Source of the DNA: Thermotogota bacterium
Lineage (GTDB): Bacteria > Thermotogota > Thermotogae > Thermotogales > Fervidobacteriaceae
Direction of reading: 5' to 3'
Assembly (NCBI GenBank): GCA_030550315.1
Contig: JAUQPP010000001.1
Location: 11,348-75,347, forward strand
Length of the DNA stretch: 64,000 nt
Part shown: positions 43,255-55,819 of the stretch, piece after piece
Layout of the letters: each line of letters begins with the position of its first letter
Position numbering within the stretch: position 1 is the first letter of the stretch
The notes under the pieces: generated by a model
What the model saw: only the letters and a program-made list of their open reading frames with translations
Databases searched by the model: none
Told to the model about the DNA's origin: nothing
Translations under genes and position numbers: made by a program

Positions 43255-43659
43255 ATGCCAACTATTAATCAGCTTGTGAGGCACGGTAGAGAGAAAGTCA
43301 AGTACAAATCGAAGTCTCCAGCGCTTCAAGGACACCCGCAGAAACGCGGAGTTTGTGTCAGGGTTTCCACGATGACGCCGAAAAAGCCGAACTCAGCTCT
43401 TCGTAAAATCGCGAAGGTAAGGTTAAGCAATGGTATAGAAGTTACGGCTTACATCCCTGGTATTGGGCATAACTTACAGGAACACTCGATTGTTTTGGTC
43501 AGGGGCGGAAGGGTTAAGGACTTGCCGGGTGTTAGGTACAAAATCATTCGTGGAGCTCTCGATGCTGCTGGTGTGGAAAACAGGAGACAGAGTAGAAGTA
43601 AGTACGGTGCCAAAAGACCAAAAGCCGGTGCTGCGGCGGCTGGAAAGGGTAAGAAGTAA
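43255..43659 (+). CDS. rpsL: 30S ribosomal protein S12
   Basis: ATG at 43255 follows [23 protein letters not shown]...[10 protein letters not shown]. Confidence 0.97.
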   Translation: MPTINQLVRHGREKVKYKSKSPALQGHPQKRGVCVRVSTMTPKKPNSALRKIAKVRLSNGIEVTAYIPGIGHNLQEHSIVLVRGGRVKDLPGVRYKIIRGALDAAGVENRRQSRSKYGAKRPKAGAAAAGKGKK

Positions 43660-43699
43660 TTTCGGGAACAGGTCAGGTAATGAATGAGGAGGGACTTGA

Positions 43700-44167
<468 letters not shown>

Positions 44168-44248
44168 TTTTTCTGGATTAACTAACGACTGCAGAAAATC
44201 GGTTCGCGTTCAAGTTAATTGAGCGCGACCTGGTTTGAGGAGGAAACT

Positions 44249-46327
44249 ATGGAAGAAATCAAGGCCTTATACGTTGACCTGGATAAGCTTAGAAATATAG
44301 GAATAATGGCCCACATTGACGCCGGTAAAACAACAACAACCGAGCGTATCTTGTTCTTTACCGGTCGTAAGCACCAAATAGGTAGTGTCGATGATGGAAC
44401 AGCTACGATGGACTGGATGATTCAGGAAAAGGAACGTGGTATTACCATCACATCAGCTGCAACAACGTGTTTTTGGAAGGGACACAGAATAAACATCATC
44501 GACACTCCTGGGCACGTTGACTTCACAATTGAAGTTGAGCGCTCTTTGAGAGTCCTCGATGGTGCAATTGCTATATTTGACGCAACTGCAGGTGTTGAAC
44601 CTCAGTCAGAGACTGTTTGGCGCCAGGCCGACAAGTACAAGGTCCCCAGAATTGCGTTTATAAACAAGATGGACAAGACCGGTGCAGATTTCGAGATGGC
44701 AGTCCAGTCCATGGTGGAAAGGCTCGCCGCTCACCCTATTCCGGTTCAGATACCAGTCGGTGCCGAGAGTGATTTCAAAGGCGTTATTGACCTCATCGAG
44801 ATGAAAGTGATTCGCTGGCTCAATCCTGAAGGTACAGAAATGGTTTACGAAGATATTCCGGCCGAATATTTAGATAAAGCCGAGGAAGCCCGTGAAGACA
44901 TGATTGAGAAAATAGCCGAAGTCGACGACGAGATTATGGAACTCTATCTTGAAGGAGAAGAGCCAACAGCAGAGCAAATTCATGCAGCCCTCAGGAGAAT
45001 AACGATTGCAGGGCTTGGAACACCGGTTTTTTGTGGCTCAGCAAAGATGAACATGGGGATTCAACCGTTGCTCGACGGTGTTGTTAGATATCTCCCTTCA
45101 CCACTTGACCTTCCACCGGTGAGGGGATTTGACAAAGATGGTAACGAGGTTCTCGTTTATCCGAAAGAGGACGGACCATTTGTAGCTTATGCATTCAAGA
45201 TTCAAAGTGACCCGTATGTCGGCAAACTGACGTTTCTGAGGGTCTACAGTGGACGCTTAGAAAAGGGTAATTATGTGATAAACACAACAAAGAATGTTAA
45301 AGAGCGCGTATCGCGTTTAATATTCCTTCACGCAGACAAACGGGAAGACGTGGACTACATCAGGGCTGGGGATATAGTTGGAGTTATCGGAATGAAAAGC
45401 ACAATTACAGGTGATACAATTTGCGACGAAAAAACGTTCGTCGTCCTTGAAAAGATGGAATTTCCTGAACCAGTTATCTCTATTGCTATTGAGCCTGTTA
45501 CCAAAGATGATGAAACAAAACTTTCGAAAGCCTTGCAAGCTTTGCTTGAAGAAGATCCTTCTCTTAGAGCTTATGTGGACCAAGAGACTGGCGAAACGAT
45601 ACTTGCAGGAATGGGTGAACTCCACCTTGAGATAATAGTAGACAGGCTTAAGAGGGAATTTGGGGTTAACGTTCGTGTTGGTAAACCTCAGGTGGCTTAC
45701 AGAGAAACGATTACTAAACCGGTTAGAACCGAAGGTAAATATATTAGGCAAAGCGGTGGTAGAGGTCAGTACGGACACGTCATCGTTGAATTTGAGCCGC
45801 TCTCACTCGATAAAACGTTTGAATTTGTTGATAAGACGGTTGGCGGTGTCATACCGAAACAGTACATTCCTGCAATTGAAGAAGGTATCAGAGAAGCAAT
45901 GCAAGTTGGAGAGTTGGCTGGTTACCCGGTGGTTGGCGTCAAAGCAACGCTTGTTGATGGTTCGTACCACGAGGTTGATTCTTCGGAAATGGCATTCAAG
46001 ATTGCCGCGAGTATGGCCTTCAAGGAAGCAATGCAAAAGGGTAGCCCTGCTTTGCTCGAACCAATTATGCGTGTTGAGGTTACAACGCCAGAAGAGTATA
46101 TGGGTAATATTATTGCTGATTTGAATTCAAGAAGGGCACACATCGACGCACTTGAAACAAGAGGTCATCTGAGAGTTGTAAAAGCGCTTGTTCCATTGAG
46201 CGAGATGTTTGGTTACGCAACGACATTAAGATCATTGTCGCAGGGTAGGGCTAATTACGTTATGACACTATCGCATTACGAAAGGGTTCCGGATAAAGTT
46301 GCTGAAAAGATTCTCAAGAAGGAATGA
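44249..46327 (+). CDS. fusA: Elongation factor G
   Basis: ORF 44219..46327. ATG at 44249 follows [35 protein letters not shown]. Confidence 0.97.
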   Translation: MEEIKALYVDLDKLRNIGIMAHIDAGKTTTTERILFFTGRKHQIGSVDDGTATMDWMIQEKERGITITSAATTCFWKGHRINIIDTPGHVDFTIEVERSLRVLDGAIAIFDATAGVEPQSETVWRQADKYKVPRIAFINKMDKTGADFEMAVQSMVERLAAHPIPVQIPVGAESDFKGVIDLIEMKVIRWLNPEGTEMVYEDIPAEYLDKAEEAREDMIEKIAEVDDEIMELYLEGEEPTAEQIHAALRRITIAGLGTPVFCGSAKMNMGIQPLLDGVVRYLPSPLDLPPVRGFDKDGNEVLVYPKEDGPFVAYAFKIQSDPYVGKLTFLRVYSGRLEKGNYVINTTKNVKERVSRLIFLHADKREDVDYIRAGDIVGVIGMKSTITGDTICDEKTFVVLEKMEFPEPVISIAIEPVTKDDETKLSKALQALLEEDPSLRAYVDQETGETILAGMGELHLEIIVDRLKREFGVNVRVGKPQVAYRETITKPVRTEGKYIRQSGGRGQYGHVIVEFEPLSLDKTFEFVDKTVGGVIPKQYIPAIEEGIREAMQVGELAGYPVVGVKATLVDGSYHEVDSSEMAFKIAASMAFKEAMQKGSPALLEPIMRVEVTTPEEYMGNIIADLNSRRAHIDALETRGHLRVVKALVPLSEMFGYATTLRSLSQGRANYVMTLSHYERVPDKVAEKILKKE

Positions 46328-46369
46328 TAAGTTCCCAATCCACTATGGGAAGAAGGAGGGCACAGAGGT

Positions 46370-47572
46370 ATGGCAAAGGAAAAATTTGTAAGGACCAAAC
46401 CACACGTGAACGTTGGAACGATCGGACACATCGACCACGGTAAGACAACGCTAACGGCAGCTATAACAAAGTACTGCTCGCTACTCGGATTTGCAGAGTA
46501 CACACCCTACGAAATGATCGACAAGGCTCCAGAAGAAAGGGCAAGAGGTATTACCATCAACATCACGCACGTTGAGTACCAAACTGAAAAGAGGCACTAC
46601 GCGCACATCGACTGTCCAGGTCACGCTGACTACATCAAGAACATGATCACCGGTGCAGCACAGATGGACGGTGCAATCCTTGTTGTCGCGGCAACAGATG
46701 GCCCCATGCCACAGACAAGAGAGCACGTTCTTCTTGCAAGGCAGGTTAACGTTCCTTACATAATTGTGTTCATCAACAAAGTTGACATGGTTGATGATCC
46801 AGAACTTGTTGACCTCGTTGAAATGGAAGTCAGGGACCTGCTTAACAAGTACGAATTTCCTGGCGATGAACTCCCAGTTATCAGAGGTTCTGCTCTCAAA
46901 GCAGTCGAAGCTGGTAACGATCCAAACGATCCCGCTTACAAACCAATAAAAGAACTTCTCGATGCTATGGACAACTACATACCAGAACCTGTTCGCGAAA
47001 TCGATAAGCCGTTCCTCATGCCAGTCGAAGACGTCTTCTCAATCACCGGTAGGGGTACGGTTGTTACTGGAAGAATTGAGCGTGGCGTCATCAAACCGGG
47101 TGTCGAAGCCGAAATTATTGGCTTGAGCTACGAGATCAAGAAGACGGTTATTACAAGCGTTGAAATGTTCAGAAAAGAACTCGACGAAGCAATCGCTGGT
47201 GACAATGTCGGTTGTCTCCTCAGGGGTATCGACAAGGACGAAGTTGAAAGAGGACAAGTTCTTGCAAAACCTGGTTCCATCACGCCACACAAGAAATTCA
47301 AAGCAAACATCTACGTTTTGAAGAAAGAAGAAGGCGGTAGGCACACACCATTCACAAAAGGTTACAAACCACAGTTCTACATCAGAACTGCTGATGTCAC
47401 CGGTGAAATCGTCGACCTCCCAGCCGGCGTTGAGATGGTCATGCCTGGTGACAACCTCGAAATGACGATCGAGTTAATCTATCCAGTTGCTATCGAAAAA
47501 GGAATGAGGTTTGCAGTCCGCGAAGGTGGAAAGACCGTAGGTGCAGGTGTTGTTACAGAAATAATCGAATAA
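46370..47572 (+). CDS. tuf: Elongation factor Tu
   Basis: 400 aa. [29 protein letters not shown]. Confidence 0.98.
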   Translation: MAKEKFVRTKPHVNVGTIGHIDHGKTTLTAAITKYCSLLGFAEYTPYEMIDKAPEERARGITINITHVEYQTEKRHYAHIDCPGHADYIKNMITGAAQMDGAILVVAATDGPMPQTREHVLLARQVNVPYIIVFINKVDMVDDPELVDLVEMEVRDLLNKYEFPGDELPVIRGSALKAVEAGNDPNDPAYKPIKELLDAMDNYIPEPVREIDKPFLMPVEDVFSITGRGTVVTGRIERGVIKPGVEAEIIGLSYEIKKTVITSVEMFRKELDEAIAGDNVGCLLRGIDKDEVERGQVLAKPGSITPHKKFKANIYVLKKEEGGRHTPFTKGYKPQFYIRTADVTGEIVDLPAGVEMVMPGDNLEMTIELIYPVAIEKGMRFAVREGGKTVGAGVVTEIIE

Positions 47573-47614
47573 TAAACCAAGCTAAAACCGAATCGGAAAA
47601 GCCTTGGTAAAAGT

Positions 47615-47636
47615 AGGGGGGGCTTCCCCCCTTTTT
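47615..47636 (+). terminator. Hairpin + T-tract between tuf and rpsJ (terminator or attenuator)
   Basis: AGGGGGGG-CTT-CCCCCC followed by TTTTT, 20 nt upstream of the rpsJ ATG. Confidence 0.6.
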
Positions 47637-47656
47637 CAAGCGAAGGAGGGTAAGGC

Positions 47657-47965
47657 ATGCCTGGTCAAAAAATAAGAATAAGATTGAAAGCTTACGACCA
47701 CAGGTTGCTTGATGAATCTGCAAAGAAAATCGTCGAAGTTGCGAAGCAAACAAACGCAAAAGTCTCAGGTCCTATCCCACTTCCGACGGAGAGGACTTTG
47801 TATGTTGTTTTGAGGTCACCTTTGAAACACAAAGACTCGCGTGAACAATTCGAAAAGAAGGTTCACAAAAGGCTAATTGATATTATCGATCCTAATCCAA
47901 AAACGATCGACGCACTCATGAAAATAAACCTTCCAGCCGGTGTCGATGTTGAAATCAACTTGTGA
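47657..47965 (+). CDS. rpsJ: 30S ribosomal protein S10
   Basis: 102 aa. [15 protein letters not shown]. Confidence 0.97.
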   Translation: MPGQKIRIRLKAYDHRLLDESAKKIVEVAKQTNAKVSGPIPLPTERTLYVVLRSPLKHKDSREQFEKKVHKRLIDIIDPNPKTIDALMKINLPAGVDVEINL

Positions 47966-47985
47966 GACCTTGGAGGTGTTTTGAG

Positions 47986-48612
47986 ATGAAATTTATAATC
48001 GCCCGAAAGATAGGAATGACAAGGTTATGGAAAGATGATAAAGTTATTCCTGTGACTGTACTGAAGGCCGGTCCGTGTTATGTTGTTCAAAAGAAAACCG
48101 TTGAAAAAGATGGTTACAACGCTGTTCAGCTTGGTTTTGAGGAAGTAAGCGAAAAGAAAGTGACCAAGCCGATGCTCGGAGTGTTCAAAAAAGCGAACCT
48201 CAAGCCCATGAGGGTACTCAAGGAATTCAGAGTTGACGATGTTGACAAATACACAGTTGGTCAGGAAATTACCGTTGCAATTTTTGAAGAAGGCGATAAA
48301 ATAGACATTACGGGTTGGTCAAAGGGTAGAGGTTTTGCCGGAGCAATGAAAAGATGGAACTTCCAGGGTGGACCCAGGGCTCACGGTGCAAAGTTCCACA
48401 GAGAACTTGGTTCCGTTGGTCAGCATACCGAGCCGGCAAGGATATTCAAGGGTAAGAAGATGCCTGGAAGATATGGCAACGAAAGGATAACGATTCTTAA
48501 CTCTGAAGTTGTCAAGATTGATCCTGAAAATCATCTATTAGCAGTCAAGGGTGGAGTGCCAGGAGCGAGGGGCAGCCTTGTTCTGATAAGGAGCGCGGTT
48601 AAACCGAAATAA
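47986..48612 (+). CDS. rplC: 50S ribosomal protein L3
   Basis: ORF 47962..48612. ATG at 47986 follows GGAGGTG. KGRGFAGAMKRWNFQGGPRAHG. Confidence 0.96.
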   Translation: MKFIIARKIGMTRLWKDDKVIPVTVLKAGPCYVVQKKTVEKDGYNAVQLGFEEVSEKKVTKPMLGVFKKANLKPMRVLKEFRVDDVDKYTVGQEITVAIFEEGDKIDITGWSKGRGFAGAMKRWNFQGGPRAHGAKFHRELGSVGQHTEPARIFKGKKMPGRYGNERITILNSEVVKIDPENHLLAVKGGVPGARGSLVLIRSAVKPK

Positions 48613-48657
48613 CAGAACAAGGACGTGCTCCGAAAATGATGTAAGGGAGGAAAAGGT

Positions 48658-49329
48658 ATGGCACAAGTAGCACTCTACAACATTGGTGGAGAAAAGATAG
48701 GCACGATCGAGATAAGCGATGAAGTTTTCAACATTGAGCCAAACTACGACGTGATGTGGCGTTATATCGATATGCAACTCACGAATGCAAGAGCGGGAAC
48801 TGCATCAACGAAGACCAGAGGCGAGGTTTCAGGTGGTGGAAGGAAACCGTGGCCGCAGAAGCACACCGGTAGAGCAAGGCAAGGCTCGATCAGGGCTATT
48901 CACTGGAGACACGGTGGTGTTGCCCACGGCCCGAAACCGAAGAACTACCTCAAGAGACTGAACAAAAAGATGAAAAGACTTGCACTTAGATCGGCGCTCT
49001 CTGTAAGGTTCAGAGAGGGTAATCTTATCGTTTTGAGTGACATCAGATTCGATAAGCCTCAAACAAAACAACTGAGGGACGTTCTGAAAAATCTTGGAAT
49101 CGCTGACGAAAAAGTTCTTTTCGTGTTACCGAAAAAAGAACCCGTTTATGAAAATGTCAAGCTGTCTGGTAGGAACATTCCAGGAGTGAAAATAATCATC
49201 GCTGATAATCCAAACAACGGGAACCCCTCGAACGTTGATGGATTGAACGTGTACGATATCATCAATGCTACAAAGGTTGTCCTTACCGAGGGCACCGTTC
49301 GCAAAATTGAGGAGGTGCTCGGAAAATGA
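48658..49329 (+). CDS. rplD: 50S ribosomal protein L4
   Basis: 223 aa. [21 protein letters not shown]. Confidence 0.96.
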   Translation: MAQVALYNIGGEKIGTIEISDEVFNIEPNYDVMWRYIDMQLTNARAGTASTKTRGEVSGGGRKPWPQKHTGRARQGSIRAIHWRHGGVAHGPKPKNYLKRLNKKMKRLALRSALSVRFREGNLIVLSDIRFDKPQTKQLRDVLKNLGIADEKVLFVLPKKEPVYENVKLSGRNIPGVKIIIADNPNNGNPSNVDGLNVYDIINATKVVLTEGTVRKIEEVLGK

Positions 49330-49628
49330 GAAAAGAATACGCGGATATAATCATCAGACCCATAATCAGCGAAAAAGCAACAAATTTGAGGGCTAACAGA
49401 GAATACGTTTTCGAGGTTGACAAAAACGCGAACAAAACACAGATAAAGGAAGCTGTTGAGAAACTTTTCAACGTAAAAGTTGAAAGAGTAAACACGGTAA
49501 TCGTTAAACCGAAACCGAAAAGAGACCTTAGAAGGGGTTACTCGGCAAGAGAGGGTTACACTAAGGAATGGAAAAAGGCCATCGTTAAACTGGCAGAAGG
49601 CTACGTTATTAAAGAACTACAAGCGTAA
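49326..49628 (+). CDS. rplW: 50S ribosomal protein L23
   Basis: 100 aa. [14 protein letters not shown] overlap with rplD. Confidence 0.95.
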   Translation: MRKEYADIIIRPIISEKATNLRANREYVFEVDKNANKTQIKEAVEKLFNVKVERVNTVIVKPKPKRDLRRGYSAREGYTKEWKKAIVKLAEGYVIKELQA

Positions 49629-49641
49629 GGGGTGAACGACA

Positions 49642-50469
49642 ATGGGTCTTAAGAGATTTAAACCAGTCACGCCAGGTCGAAGGTTCATGGTCATTCCCGA
49701 CTTTTCGGAGATAACGAAAACTGAACCCGAAAAGTCGTTGGTCGAACCTCTCAAGAGTACCGGTGGTAGGAACCACCACGGTAGGATTACTGTCAGGTTC
49801 AGAGGTGGCGGTCACAAGAGACTTTACAGAATTGTCGATTTCAGAAGATGGGAAAAGGAAAATATTCCTGCTAAGGTTGTCGCTATTGAGTACGATCCCA
49901 ACAGAACAGCAAGGATCGCGCTTCTTGTTTATGCAGATGGTGAAAAGAGATACATTATTGCACCAGATGGCTTAAAGGTTGGAGACATTGTAATGAGCGG
50001 TCCTGATGCGGAAATTAAGCCCGGAAACGCGTTACCACTCGAAAACATTCCGGTGGGTACCATTGTACACAACGTTGAGTTTAAACCACGTGGTGGTGCG
50101 AAGATTGCCAGAAGTGCTGGTGTTTCCTGCCAGTTGATGGCAAAGGAAGGTAACTACGCACTTCTGAGAATGCCATCTGGAGAGCTCAGGAAAGTTCACG
50201 TAAAATGTTACGCAACTGTTGGAACGGTTGGAAACGAAGACCACAAGAACGAGGTCTCGGGTAAAGCAGGTAGGGAAAGATGGAAGGGTAGAAGGCCACA
50301 CGTTAGAGGTGTTGCAATGAACCCGGTTGATCACCCACACGGTGGTGGTGAAGGTAGGGGTAAAGGTCACCATCCACAAAGTCCATGGGGTGTGCCTGCC
50401 AAAGGTTACAAGACCAGAAGAGGGAAGAGACCTAGCGACAAGTTCATTGTGAGGAGAAGAAACGCGTAA
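49642..50469 (+). CDS. rplB: 50S ribosomal protein L2
   Basis: 275 aa. [16 protein letters not shown]. Confidence 0.97.
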   Translation: MGLKRFKPVTPGRRFMVIPDFSEITKTEPEKSLVEPLKSTGGRNHHGRITVRFRGGGHKRLYRIVDFRRWEKENIPAKVVAIEYDPNRTARIALLVYADGEKRYIIAPDGLKVGDIVMSGPDAEIKPGNALPLENIPVGTIVHNVEFKPRGGAKIARSAGVSCQLMAKEGNYALLRMPSGELRKVHVKCYATVGTVGNEDHKNEVSGKAGRERWKGRRPHVRGVAMNPVDHPHGGGEGRGKGHHPQSPWGVPAKGYKTRRGKRPSDKFIVRRRNA

Positions 50470-50485
50470 TTTGGAGGTGTAATGG

Positions 50486-50773
50486 ATGAGCAGGTCGAGT
50501 AAAAAGGGGCCTTACGTGGATCCCAAATTGTTGAAGAAAATTAGAATGCTCAACGAGACTGGTGAAAAGAAGATAATCAAGACCTGGAGTAGGGCTAGTA
50601 CCATCGTTCCGGAGATGGTTGGACACACGATAGCAGTTTACAATGGCATGAAGCACATACCTGTTTACATCACAGAAAACATGGTTGGGCACAAACTTGG
50701 AGAATTTTCCTTCACCAGACGATTCGGTGGACACACGAATAAATCTGCCAAAAAAGGTGAGGTCAAGAAATAA
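50486..50773 (+). CDS. rpsS: 30S ribosomal protein S19
   Basis: 95 aa. [20 protein letters not shown]. Confidence 0.97.
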   Translation: MSRSSKKGPYVDPKLLKKIRMLNETGEKKIIKTWSRASTIVPEMVGHTIAVYNGMKHIPVYITENMVGHKLGEFSFTRRFGGHTNKSAKKGEVKK

Positions 50774-50787
50774 GGAGGGACAGTAGA

Positions 50788-51249
50788 ATGCAAACTGTCA
50801 TTAAAAGAGAGGGACTTAAAAGGTCCAAGTTTCACGCCAAAAGAAAAGAGCTTTTAAGTACACTTCCAAGGATCGAAGCAAGAGCTATCGCCAGGTTCGT
50901 GAGGATATCACCAAGAAAGGCTAGATGCGTTATCAACTCCATTCGGGGAAAGAATGTTTCAGAGGCGTTTAATCTTCTTGAATTTTCGCCGAAAAAGGCT
51001 GCAAAAATCATCCTAAATGTGCTAAAATCTGCTGTAGCGAATGCTGTCAATAATCATGGTCTGTCTGAAGAAAACCTTTATGTGGCTGCATGTTGGGTGA
51101 ACGATGGTCCAAGAATGAAGAGAGTATGGCCCAGGGGGCGTGGAAGGGCGGACATCTTCCAAAAGAGGATGTCTCACATCACCATAATTGTCCGCGATAG
51201 GGAAAAGGAAAATAGCTTGAAAGCGGAAAAATCTGAGGAAAATAAATAA
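50788..51249 (+). CDS. rplV: 50S ribosomal protein L22
   Basis: 153 aa. [17 protein letters not shown]. Confidence 0.95.
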   Translation: MQTVIKREGLKRSKFHAKRKELLSTLPRIEARAIARFVRISPRKARCVINSIRGKNVSEAFNLLEFSPKKAAKIILNVLKSAVANAVNNHGLSEENLYVAACWVNDGPRMKRVWPRGRGRADIFQKRMSHITIIVRDREKENSLKAEKSEENK

Positions 51250-51266
51250 CGCGTGAGGTGATACTG

Positions 51267-51896
51267 GTGGGTCAAAAAGTACATCCGAAGGGTTTCAGAC
51301 TCGGATTAACGGCAGAGTGGGACGCACAGTGGTTTAATGAAAAAAAGTACAGCGAGTATCTACTTGAGGACCTTGCAATCAGGGATTTCATTAAAAAGAA
51401 TTACAACCAAGCTGGTATTGCAAGAATATTCATCCAGCGTCCAGATGCTGAAAGGGCACTCATCACGATACACGCTGCGAGGCCTGGTGTGCTAATCGGA
51501 AAGAAGGGCGCTGGGATTACAGAATTAAGGCAGATTCTTGAATCGAAGTTCAACAGGAAATTCGGAATCGATATAGTGGAAGTTAAAACGCCCGAGACCG
51601 AGGCAATTCTCGTAGCGGAATCTATCGCACAAAAAATTGAAAAACGTGCATCTTACAAGATTGTGATGAAAAGGGCTATTGCAGCGGCGCTTAGAAGGGG
51701 AGCAAAGGGTGTAAAGATAATGGTTTCTGGAAGGTTGGCTGGTGCTGAAATTGCGAGGACCGAGTGGTATCTTAAAGGTAGGCTTCCGCTGCAAACTTTA
51801 AGATCCGTGATTGATTACGCTCAGGCGCGTGCGGAGACAAAGTACGGTACGATAGGAGTAAAGGTTTGGATTTACAAAGGTGACAAAGAAATCTAA
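51267..51896 (+). CDS. rpsC: 30S ribosomal protein S3
   Basis: ORF 51258..51896. The likely GTG is at 51267, 5 nt after GAGGTGA, giving (M)[12 protein letters not shown]. Confidence 0.95.
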   Translation: MGQKVHPKGFRLGLTAEWDAQWFNEKKYSEYLLEDLAIRDFIKKNYNQAGIARIFIQRPDAERALITIHAARPGVLIGKKGAGITELRQILESKFNRKFGIDIVEVKTPETEAILVAESIAQKIEKRASYKIVMKRAIAAALRRGAKGVKIMVSGRLAGAEIARTEWYLKGRLPLQTLRSVIDYAQARAETKYGTIGVKVWIYKGDKEI

Positions 51897-51988
51897 GAGT
51901 TCCTATTGATGCAGTAAATAGACGTGCACAAATACTTTTGATTCCATGTATTCAATGGAATTGATGAAGTTGAAGGAGGTAGCTGACC

Positions 51989-52417
51989 ATGTTAATGCCG
52001 AAAAGAGTCAAATACAGAAAGCAGCAGCGCGGAAGAACTAAGGGCAACGCAAAGGGCGGAACACTTGTTAACTTTGGAGAGTATGGTCTAAAAGCTCTCG
52101 AACCAGCATGGATTACCGCGCAACAAATTGAGGCATGTAGGTTGGCAATTAGTAGGACGCTCAAGAAAGAAGGAAAGCTCTGGATTAGGATTTTCCCTGA
52201 TAAGTCTTACACGAAACACCCGCCTGAAACGAAACTTGGAAAAGGTAAAGGTAATGTTGAAGGTTGGGTTGCGGTTGTGAAGCCAGGAAAGGTTATGTTC
52301 GAAGTAGGTGGTGTCGACGAGGAAACCGCAATCAGGGCGCTTGAATATGCAGCAACCAAACTCCCTATAAAAACGAAAATTGTGACAAGACATCACATAG
52401 GTGGTGAAGGAGCATGA
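51989..52417 (+). CDS. rplP: 50S ribosomal protein L16
   Basis: 142 aa. [15 protein letters not shown]. Confidence 0.97.
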   Translation: MLMPKRVKYRKQQRGRTKGNAKGGTLVNFGEYGLKALEPAWITAQQIEACRLAISRTLKKEGKLWIRIFPDKSYTKHPPETKLGKGKGNVEGWVAVVKPGKVMFEVGGVDEETAIRALEYAATKLPIKTKIVTRHHIGGEGA

Positions 52418-52614
52418 AGCCAGCCGAAATCAGAAATATGACGAATGAAGAATTGTTGAAACTCCTAGAAGAAAAGAAAAGAACGCTCATGAACTTAAGA
52501 TTCCAAAACGCTCTTGGTGAATTGAGGGACTTCAGCCTGATTCAGAAGACGAAAAAGGATATAGCAAGGATCAAGACTATTCTCCGTGAGCGTGAACTGG
52601 GCATAAGGAGGTAA
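52414..52614 (+). CDS. rpmC: 50S ribosomal protein L29
   Basis: 66 aa. ATGA overlap with rplP. Confidence 0.93.
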   Translation: MKPAEIRNMTNEELLKLLEEKKRTLMNLRFQNALGELRDFSLIQKTKKDIARIKTILRERELGIRR

Positions 52615-52619
52615 TAATC

Positions 52620-52934
52620 ATGCCGAGGAAAAGATTCATCGGAGTCGTTGTAAGTGATAAGATGGATAAAACCGTGACTGTTAAAGTGGAAAGACTTGTC
52701 AAGCATCCGAAATTTGGTAAGTATGTCAAGAGGTCAAAGAAGTTCTACGCGCACGATGAAAATAACGAATGCAGGGTTGGAGACATTGTCGAAATTGAAG
52801 AATCCAGACCACTAAGCAAACTCAAAAGATGGGTAGTAGTAAGAATTGTTGAAAGGTCCAAGTTTGGAGAGCAGTTGCAAACGCCTGAGCTCGAGGAAGA
52901 AGTCACGGAACTTGAAGGAGGTAGAGAGCAATGA
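52620..52934 (+). CDS. rpsQ: 30S ribosomal protein S17
   Basis: 104 aa. [18 protein letters not shown], with a C-terminal acidic extension. Confidence 0.95.
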   Translation: MPRKRFIGVVVSDKMDKTVTVKVERLVKHPKFGKYVKRSKKFYAHDENNECRVGDIVEIEESRPLSKLKRWVVVRIVERSKFGEQLQTPELEEEVTELEGGREQ

Positions 52935-53299
52935 TTCAGAATGAAACCTACCTCGTAGCTGCCGATAACTCAGGTGCAAAAGTGTTAAGGGTCATTAGGG
53001 TACTTGGAGGTTCCCATAAAAAATATGGAACCGTTGGTGACATCGTAGTTTGCAGTGTTAGGGAAGCAGTTCCTCATACGGACTTAAAAAAGGGAGACGT
53101 AGTTAAAGCAGTTATAGTGAGAACTAAGAAAGAAATCAGGAGGCCGGATGGAAGTTACATTAGGTTTGATGACAACGCAGCTGTGGTTCTCGATAAGTTC
53201 AACCAACCCAAGGGAACACGTGTGTTCGGACCAGTGGCAAGGGAATTGAGGGAAAAAGGATTCATGAAGATAGTTTCTCTTGCACCAGAAGTATGGTAA
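52931..53299 (+). CDS. rplN: 50S ribosomal protein L14
   Basis: 122 aa. [17 protein letters not shown]. Confidence 0.97.
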   Translation: MIQNETYLVAADNSGAKVLRVIRVLGGSHKKYGTVGDIVVCSVREAVPHTDLKKGDVVKAVIVRTKKEIRRPDGSYIRFDDNAAVVLDKFNQPKGTRVFGPVARELREKGFMKIVSLAPEVW

Positions 53300-53312
53300 G
53301 GGGTGGTACGGA

Positions 53313-53636
53313 ATGGCGCAGAAGATCAAAAAAGGTGACACTGTGCAAGTAATTTCCGGTAGGGATAAAGGTAAAAGAGGCGAAGTCATCCAGGTCATGC
53401 CCAAGGAACAAAAACTCATCGTCAGAGGAGTAAACATTGTAAAGAGACACCAGAGACCTACTGGGCAACTGAGACAAGGTGGAATCATTGAGAAAGAAGC
53501 TCCGATGTACTGGTCAAAAGTTATGCTTGTGTGTCCAAGCTGCGATAAACCAACGAGAGTAGGATTTAAATTCCTTGAAGATGGCACAAAAGTCAGATTC
53601 TGCAAAAAGTGCGGGGAAATAATAGATAAAAAGTAA
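53313..53636 (+). CDS. rplX: 50S ribosomal protein L24 (Cys4 form)
   Basis: ORF 53280..53636. ATG at 53313 gives [16 protein letters not shown]. It carries CPSC...CKKC, as I recall for Thermus L24. Confidence 0.95.
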   Translation: MAQKIKKGDTVQVISGRDKGKRGEVIQVMPKEQKLIVRGVNIVKRHQRPTGQLRQGGIIEKEAPMYWSKVMLVCPSCDKPTRVGFKFLEDGTKVRFCKKCGEIIDKK

Positions 53637-53649
53637 GGAGGAGTAAAAA

Positions 53650-54204
53650 ATGGCCTACGAATACGTTCCGCTTAAAGAAAAGTATCTTAAGGAAGTAGTG
53701 CCCGCAATGATGAAAGAATTTGGATACAAGAACGTTCTAGAGGTACCCAGGTTGGTCAAAGTTGTTATCAACATGGGTATTGGTGAGGGTGCAAGGAACA
53801 AGGAAATAATAGAAACACATGCCAAAGAACTTTCACAAATAACCGGCCAAAAGGCCGTTATCACGAAGGCAAAGAAGAGTATTTCTAACTTCAAAGTGAG
53901 GAAAGGCATGACGATCGGTGTTAAAGTGACGCTCAGAGGTCCAAGGATGTACAACTTTGTCTACAAACTTGTCAATCTTGTGCTTCCAAAAGTTAGAGAC
54001 TTTAGAGGTTTGAATCCGAACTCTTTCGACGGTAGGGGTAACTACAGCTTCGGTTTGACCGAACAACTTGTTTTTCCCGAAATTTCACCAGACCAAGTTA
54101 AAAGGATACAAGGTATGGACATAATCATCGTTACAACAGCCAAGAGAGACGAGGAAGCAAGAAGGCTCTTAGAACTCCTCGGTTTCCCATTCAGAAAGCA
54201 ATGA
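53650..54204 (+). CDS. rplE: 50S ribosomal protein L5
   Basis: 184 aa. Confidence 0.96.
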   Translation: MAYEYVPLKEKYLKEVVPAMMKEFGYKNVLEVPRLVKVVINMGIGEGARNKEIIETHAKELSQITGQKAVITKAKKSISNFKVRKGMTIGVKVTLRGPRMYNFVYKLVNLVLPKVRDFRGLNPNSFDGRGNYSFGLTEQLVFPEISPDQVKRIQGMDIIIVTTAKRDEEARRLLELLGFPFRKQ

Positions 54205-54222
54205 TAGGGAGGGACATTCCTA

Positions 54223-54408
54223 ATGGCAAAGAAATCGATGGTTGAAAGATGGAAAAAGCCAAAGAAGTTTAAGGTAAGAGAATACACAAGGTGCCACATT
54301 TGTGGTAGACCGAGATCCGTTTACAGAGAATTCGGAATCTGCAGGGTTTGTTTCAGAAGACTCGCTAACGAGGGAAAATTGCCCGGCGTTAAGAAGGCAA
54401 GCTGGTAA
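54223..54408 (+). CDS. rpsN: 30S ribosomal protein S14 type Z (zinc-binding)
   Basis: 61 aa. [20 protein letters not shown]. Confidence 0.96.
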   Translation: MAKKSMVERWKKPKKFKVREYTRCHICGRPRSVYREFGICRVCFRRLANEGKLPGVKKASW

Positions 54409-54425
54409 TTATGGAGGTGTTAACC

Positions 54426-54830
54426 GTGTGGAGCGATCCAATAGCTGACATGCTTACAAGAATAAGGAACGCAAACCTCGTTTTTAAGGAACAAGTTGAT
54501 ATCCCAGCGTCGAACTTGAAGAAGGCAATAGCTGATATACTTGTTCGCGAAGGTTTTATTAAGGGTTACACGTATATCGAGGATGGGAAACAGGGAATAC
54601 TCAGGATTCAAATGAAGTACAAAGGCACAAGGAAGAACAGGGAAAGGGTTATCCACGGAATTGTTAGGGTTTCGAAACCCGGTAGAAGGATCTACGTTGG
54701 AAAGAATAATCTCCCGAGGGTTAAGAACGGTCTTGGTATAGCGATTATCTCCACCTCCAAAGGTGTACTTACCGACAAAGAAGCGAAAGAACTTGGAGTC
54801 GGTGGAGAAGTCATCGCTTACATTTGGTAA
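54426..54830 (+). CDS. rpsH: 30S ribosomal protein S8
   Basis: ORF 54411..54830. The likely GTG is at 54426 after GGAGGTG, giving (M)[15 protein letters not shown]. Confidence 0.95.
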   Translation: MWSDPIADMLTRIRNANLVFKEQVDIPASNLKKAIADILVREGFIKGYTYIEDGKQGILRIQMKYKGTRKNRERVIHGIVRVSKPGRRIYVGKNNLPRVKNGLGIAIISTSKGVLTDKEAKELGVGGEVIAYIW

Positions 54831-54842
54831 GGAGGGAGAAGA

Positions 54843-55397
54843 ATGTCTCGTATAGCTAAAAAGCCCGTTGTTGTGCCAGGTAATGTTCAGGTTACTGTCA
54901 CCGACTCTGAAATAAAAGTTAAAGGTCCAAAGGGTGAACTTAAACTGCGAACGCATCCATTCGTGACAGTGAGTGTCGAAGGAAATGAAGTTTGGGTTAG
55001 ACCAAACCTATCTGTGATGAAAAGGAAGGCCGATGAGAAAAAATTCAAGGCTATGACTGGTACATACTGGAGACTCATTAACAACATGGTTATCGGCGTT
55101 ACTGAAGGATTCAAGAAAGAACTTGAAATAGTTGGTATAGGCTACAGGGCGCAACTCCAAGGGAACAAACTCATCATGAACCTTGGTTTTGCACACCCCG
55201 TCGAGATGGACATCCCGTCGGATATAAAAGTTGAGGTTCCAGCTCCAAACAGAATCGTTGTCAGTGGAATCGACAAGCAAAGGGTCGGTCAATTTGCCGC
55301 AGACATCAGACGCTGGAGAGAACCGAACGTCTACAGTGGTAAGGGTATCAAATACGTTGATGAGGTAATTAGACTCAAAGAAGGAAAGAAAGCATAA
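54843..55397 (+). CDS. rplF: 50S ribosomal protein L6
   Basis: 184 aa. MSRIAKKPV. Confidence 0.96.
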   Translation: MSRIAKKPVVVPGNVQVTVTDSEIKVKGPKGELKLRTHPFVTVSVEGNEVWVRPNLSVMKRKADEKKFKAMTGTYWRLINNMVIGVTEGFKKELEIVGIGYRAQLQGNKLIMNLGFAHPVEMDIPSDIKVEVPAPNRIVVSGIDKQRVGQFAADIRRWREPNVYSGKGIKYVDEVIRLKEGKKA

Positions 55398-55410
55398 GGG
55401 GGTATAAAAC

Positions 55411-55779
55411 GTGATTAAGAAAGAGGACCGCAGACAATTGAGACTAATGAGGCATAAAAGAATCAGAAAGAAAATATTCGGAACGCCAGAAAGGCCAAGA
55501 CTTTCGGTATTCAGAAGCGAAAAGCACATCTATGCGCAAATTATAGATGATACAAAAGGTATAACTCTTGCTGCAGCGTCGACAACCGAGAAAGCTCTAC
55601 GAGAAAAGCTACAAAAGACTTGGAATATTGAAGCGGCAAAAGAAGTTGGTAAACTCATCGCGGAAAGAGCATTAGCAAAAGGAATAAAGGAAGTTGTTTT
55701 CGATCGTGGTGGTTTCAAATACCACGGAAGAGTCAAAGCCCTTGCCGATGCTGCAAGGGAAGTTGGGCTCAAGTTCTAA
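55411..55779 (+). CDS. rplR: 50S ribosomal protein L18
   Basis: 122 aa. GTG start. Confidence 0.95.
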   Translation: MIKKEDRRQLRLMRHKRIRKKIFGTPERPRLSVFRSEKHIYAQIIDDTKGITLAAASTTEKALREKLQKTWNIEAAKEVGKLIAERALAKGIKEVVFDRGGFKYHGRVKALADAAREVGLKF

Positions 55780-55819
55780 AGTTATAAATAGTTTTGATAG
55801 CTGATAGGAGGTGCTCAAA

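Noticed and set aside
47573-47656. Interpreting the tuf-rpsJ hairpin as an L4-responsive S10 leader attenuator.
   Set aside because: The L4-mediated attenuator is characterised in E. coli and close relatives and needs a longer multi-hairpin leader. Here only one simple G7/C6 hairpin with a T-tract is present, so I annotated it as a plain terminator or attenuator.
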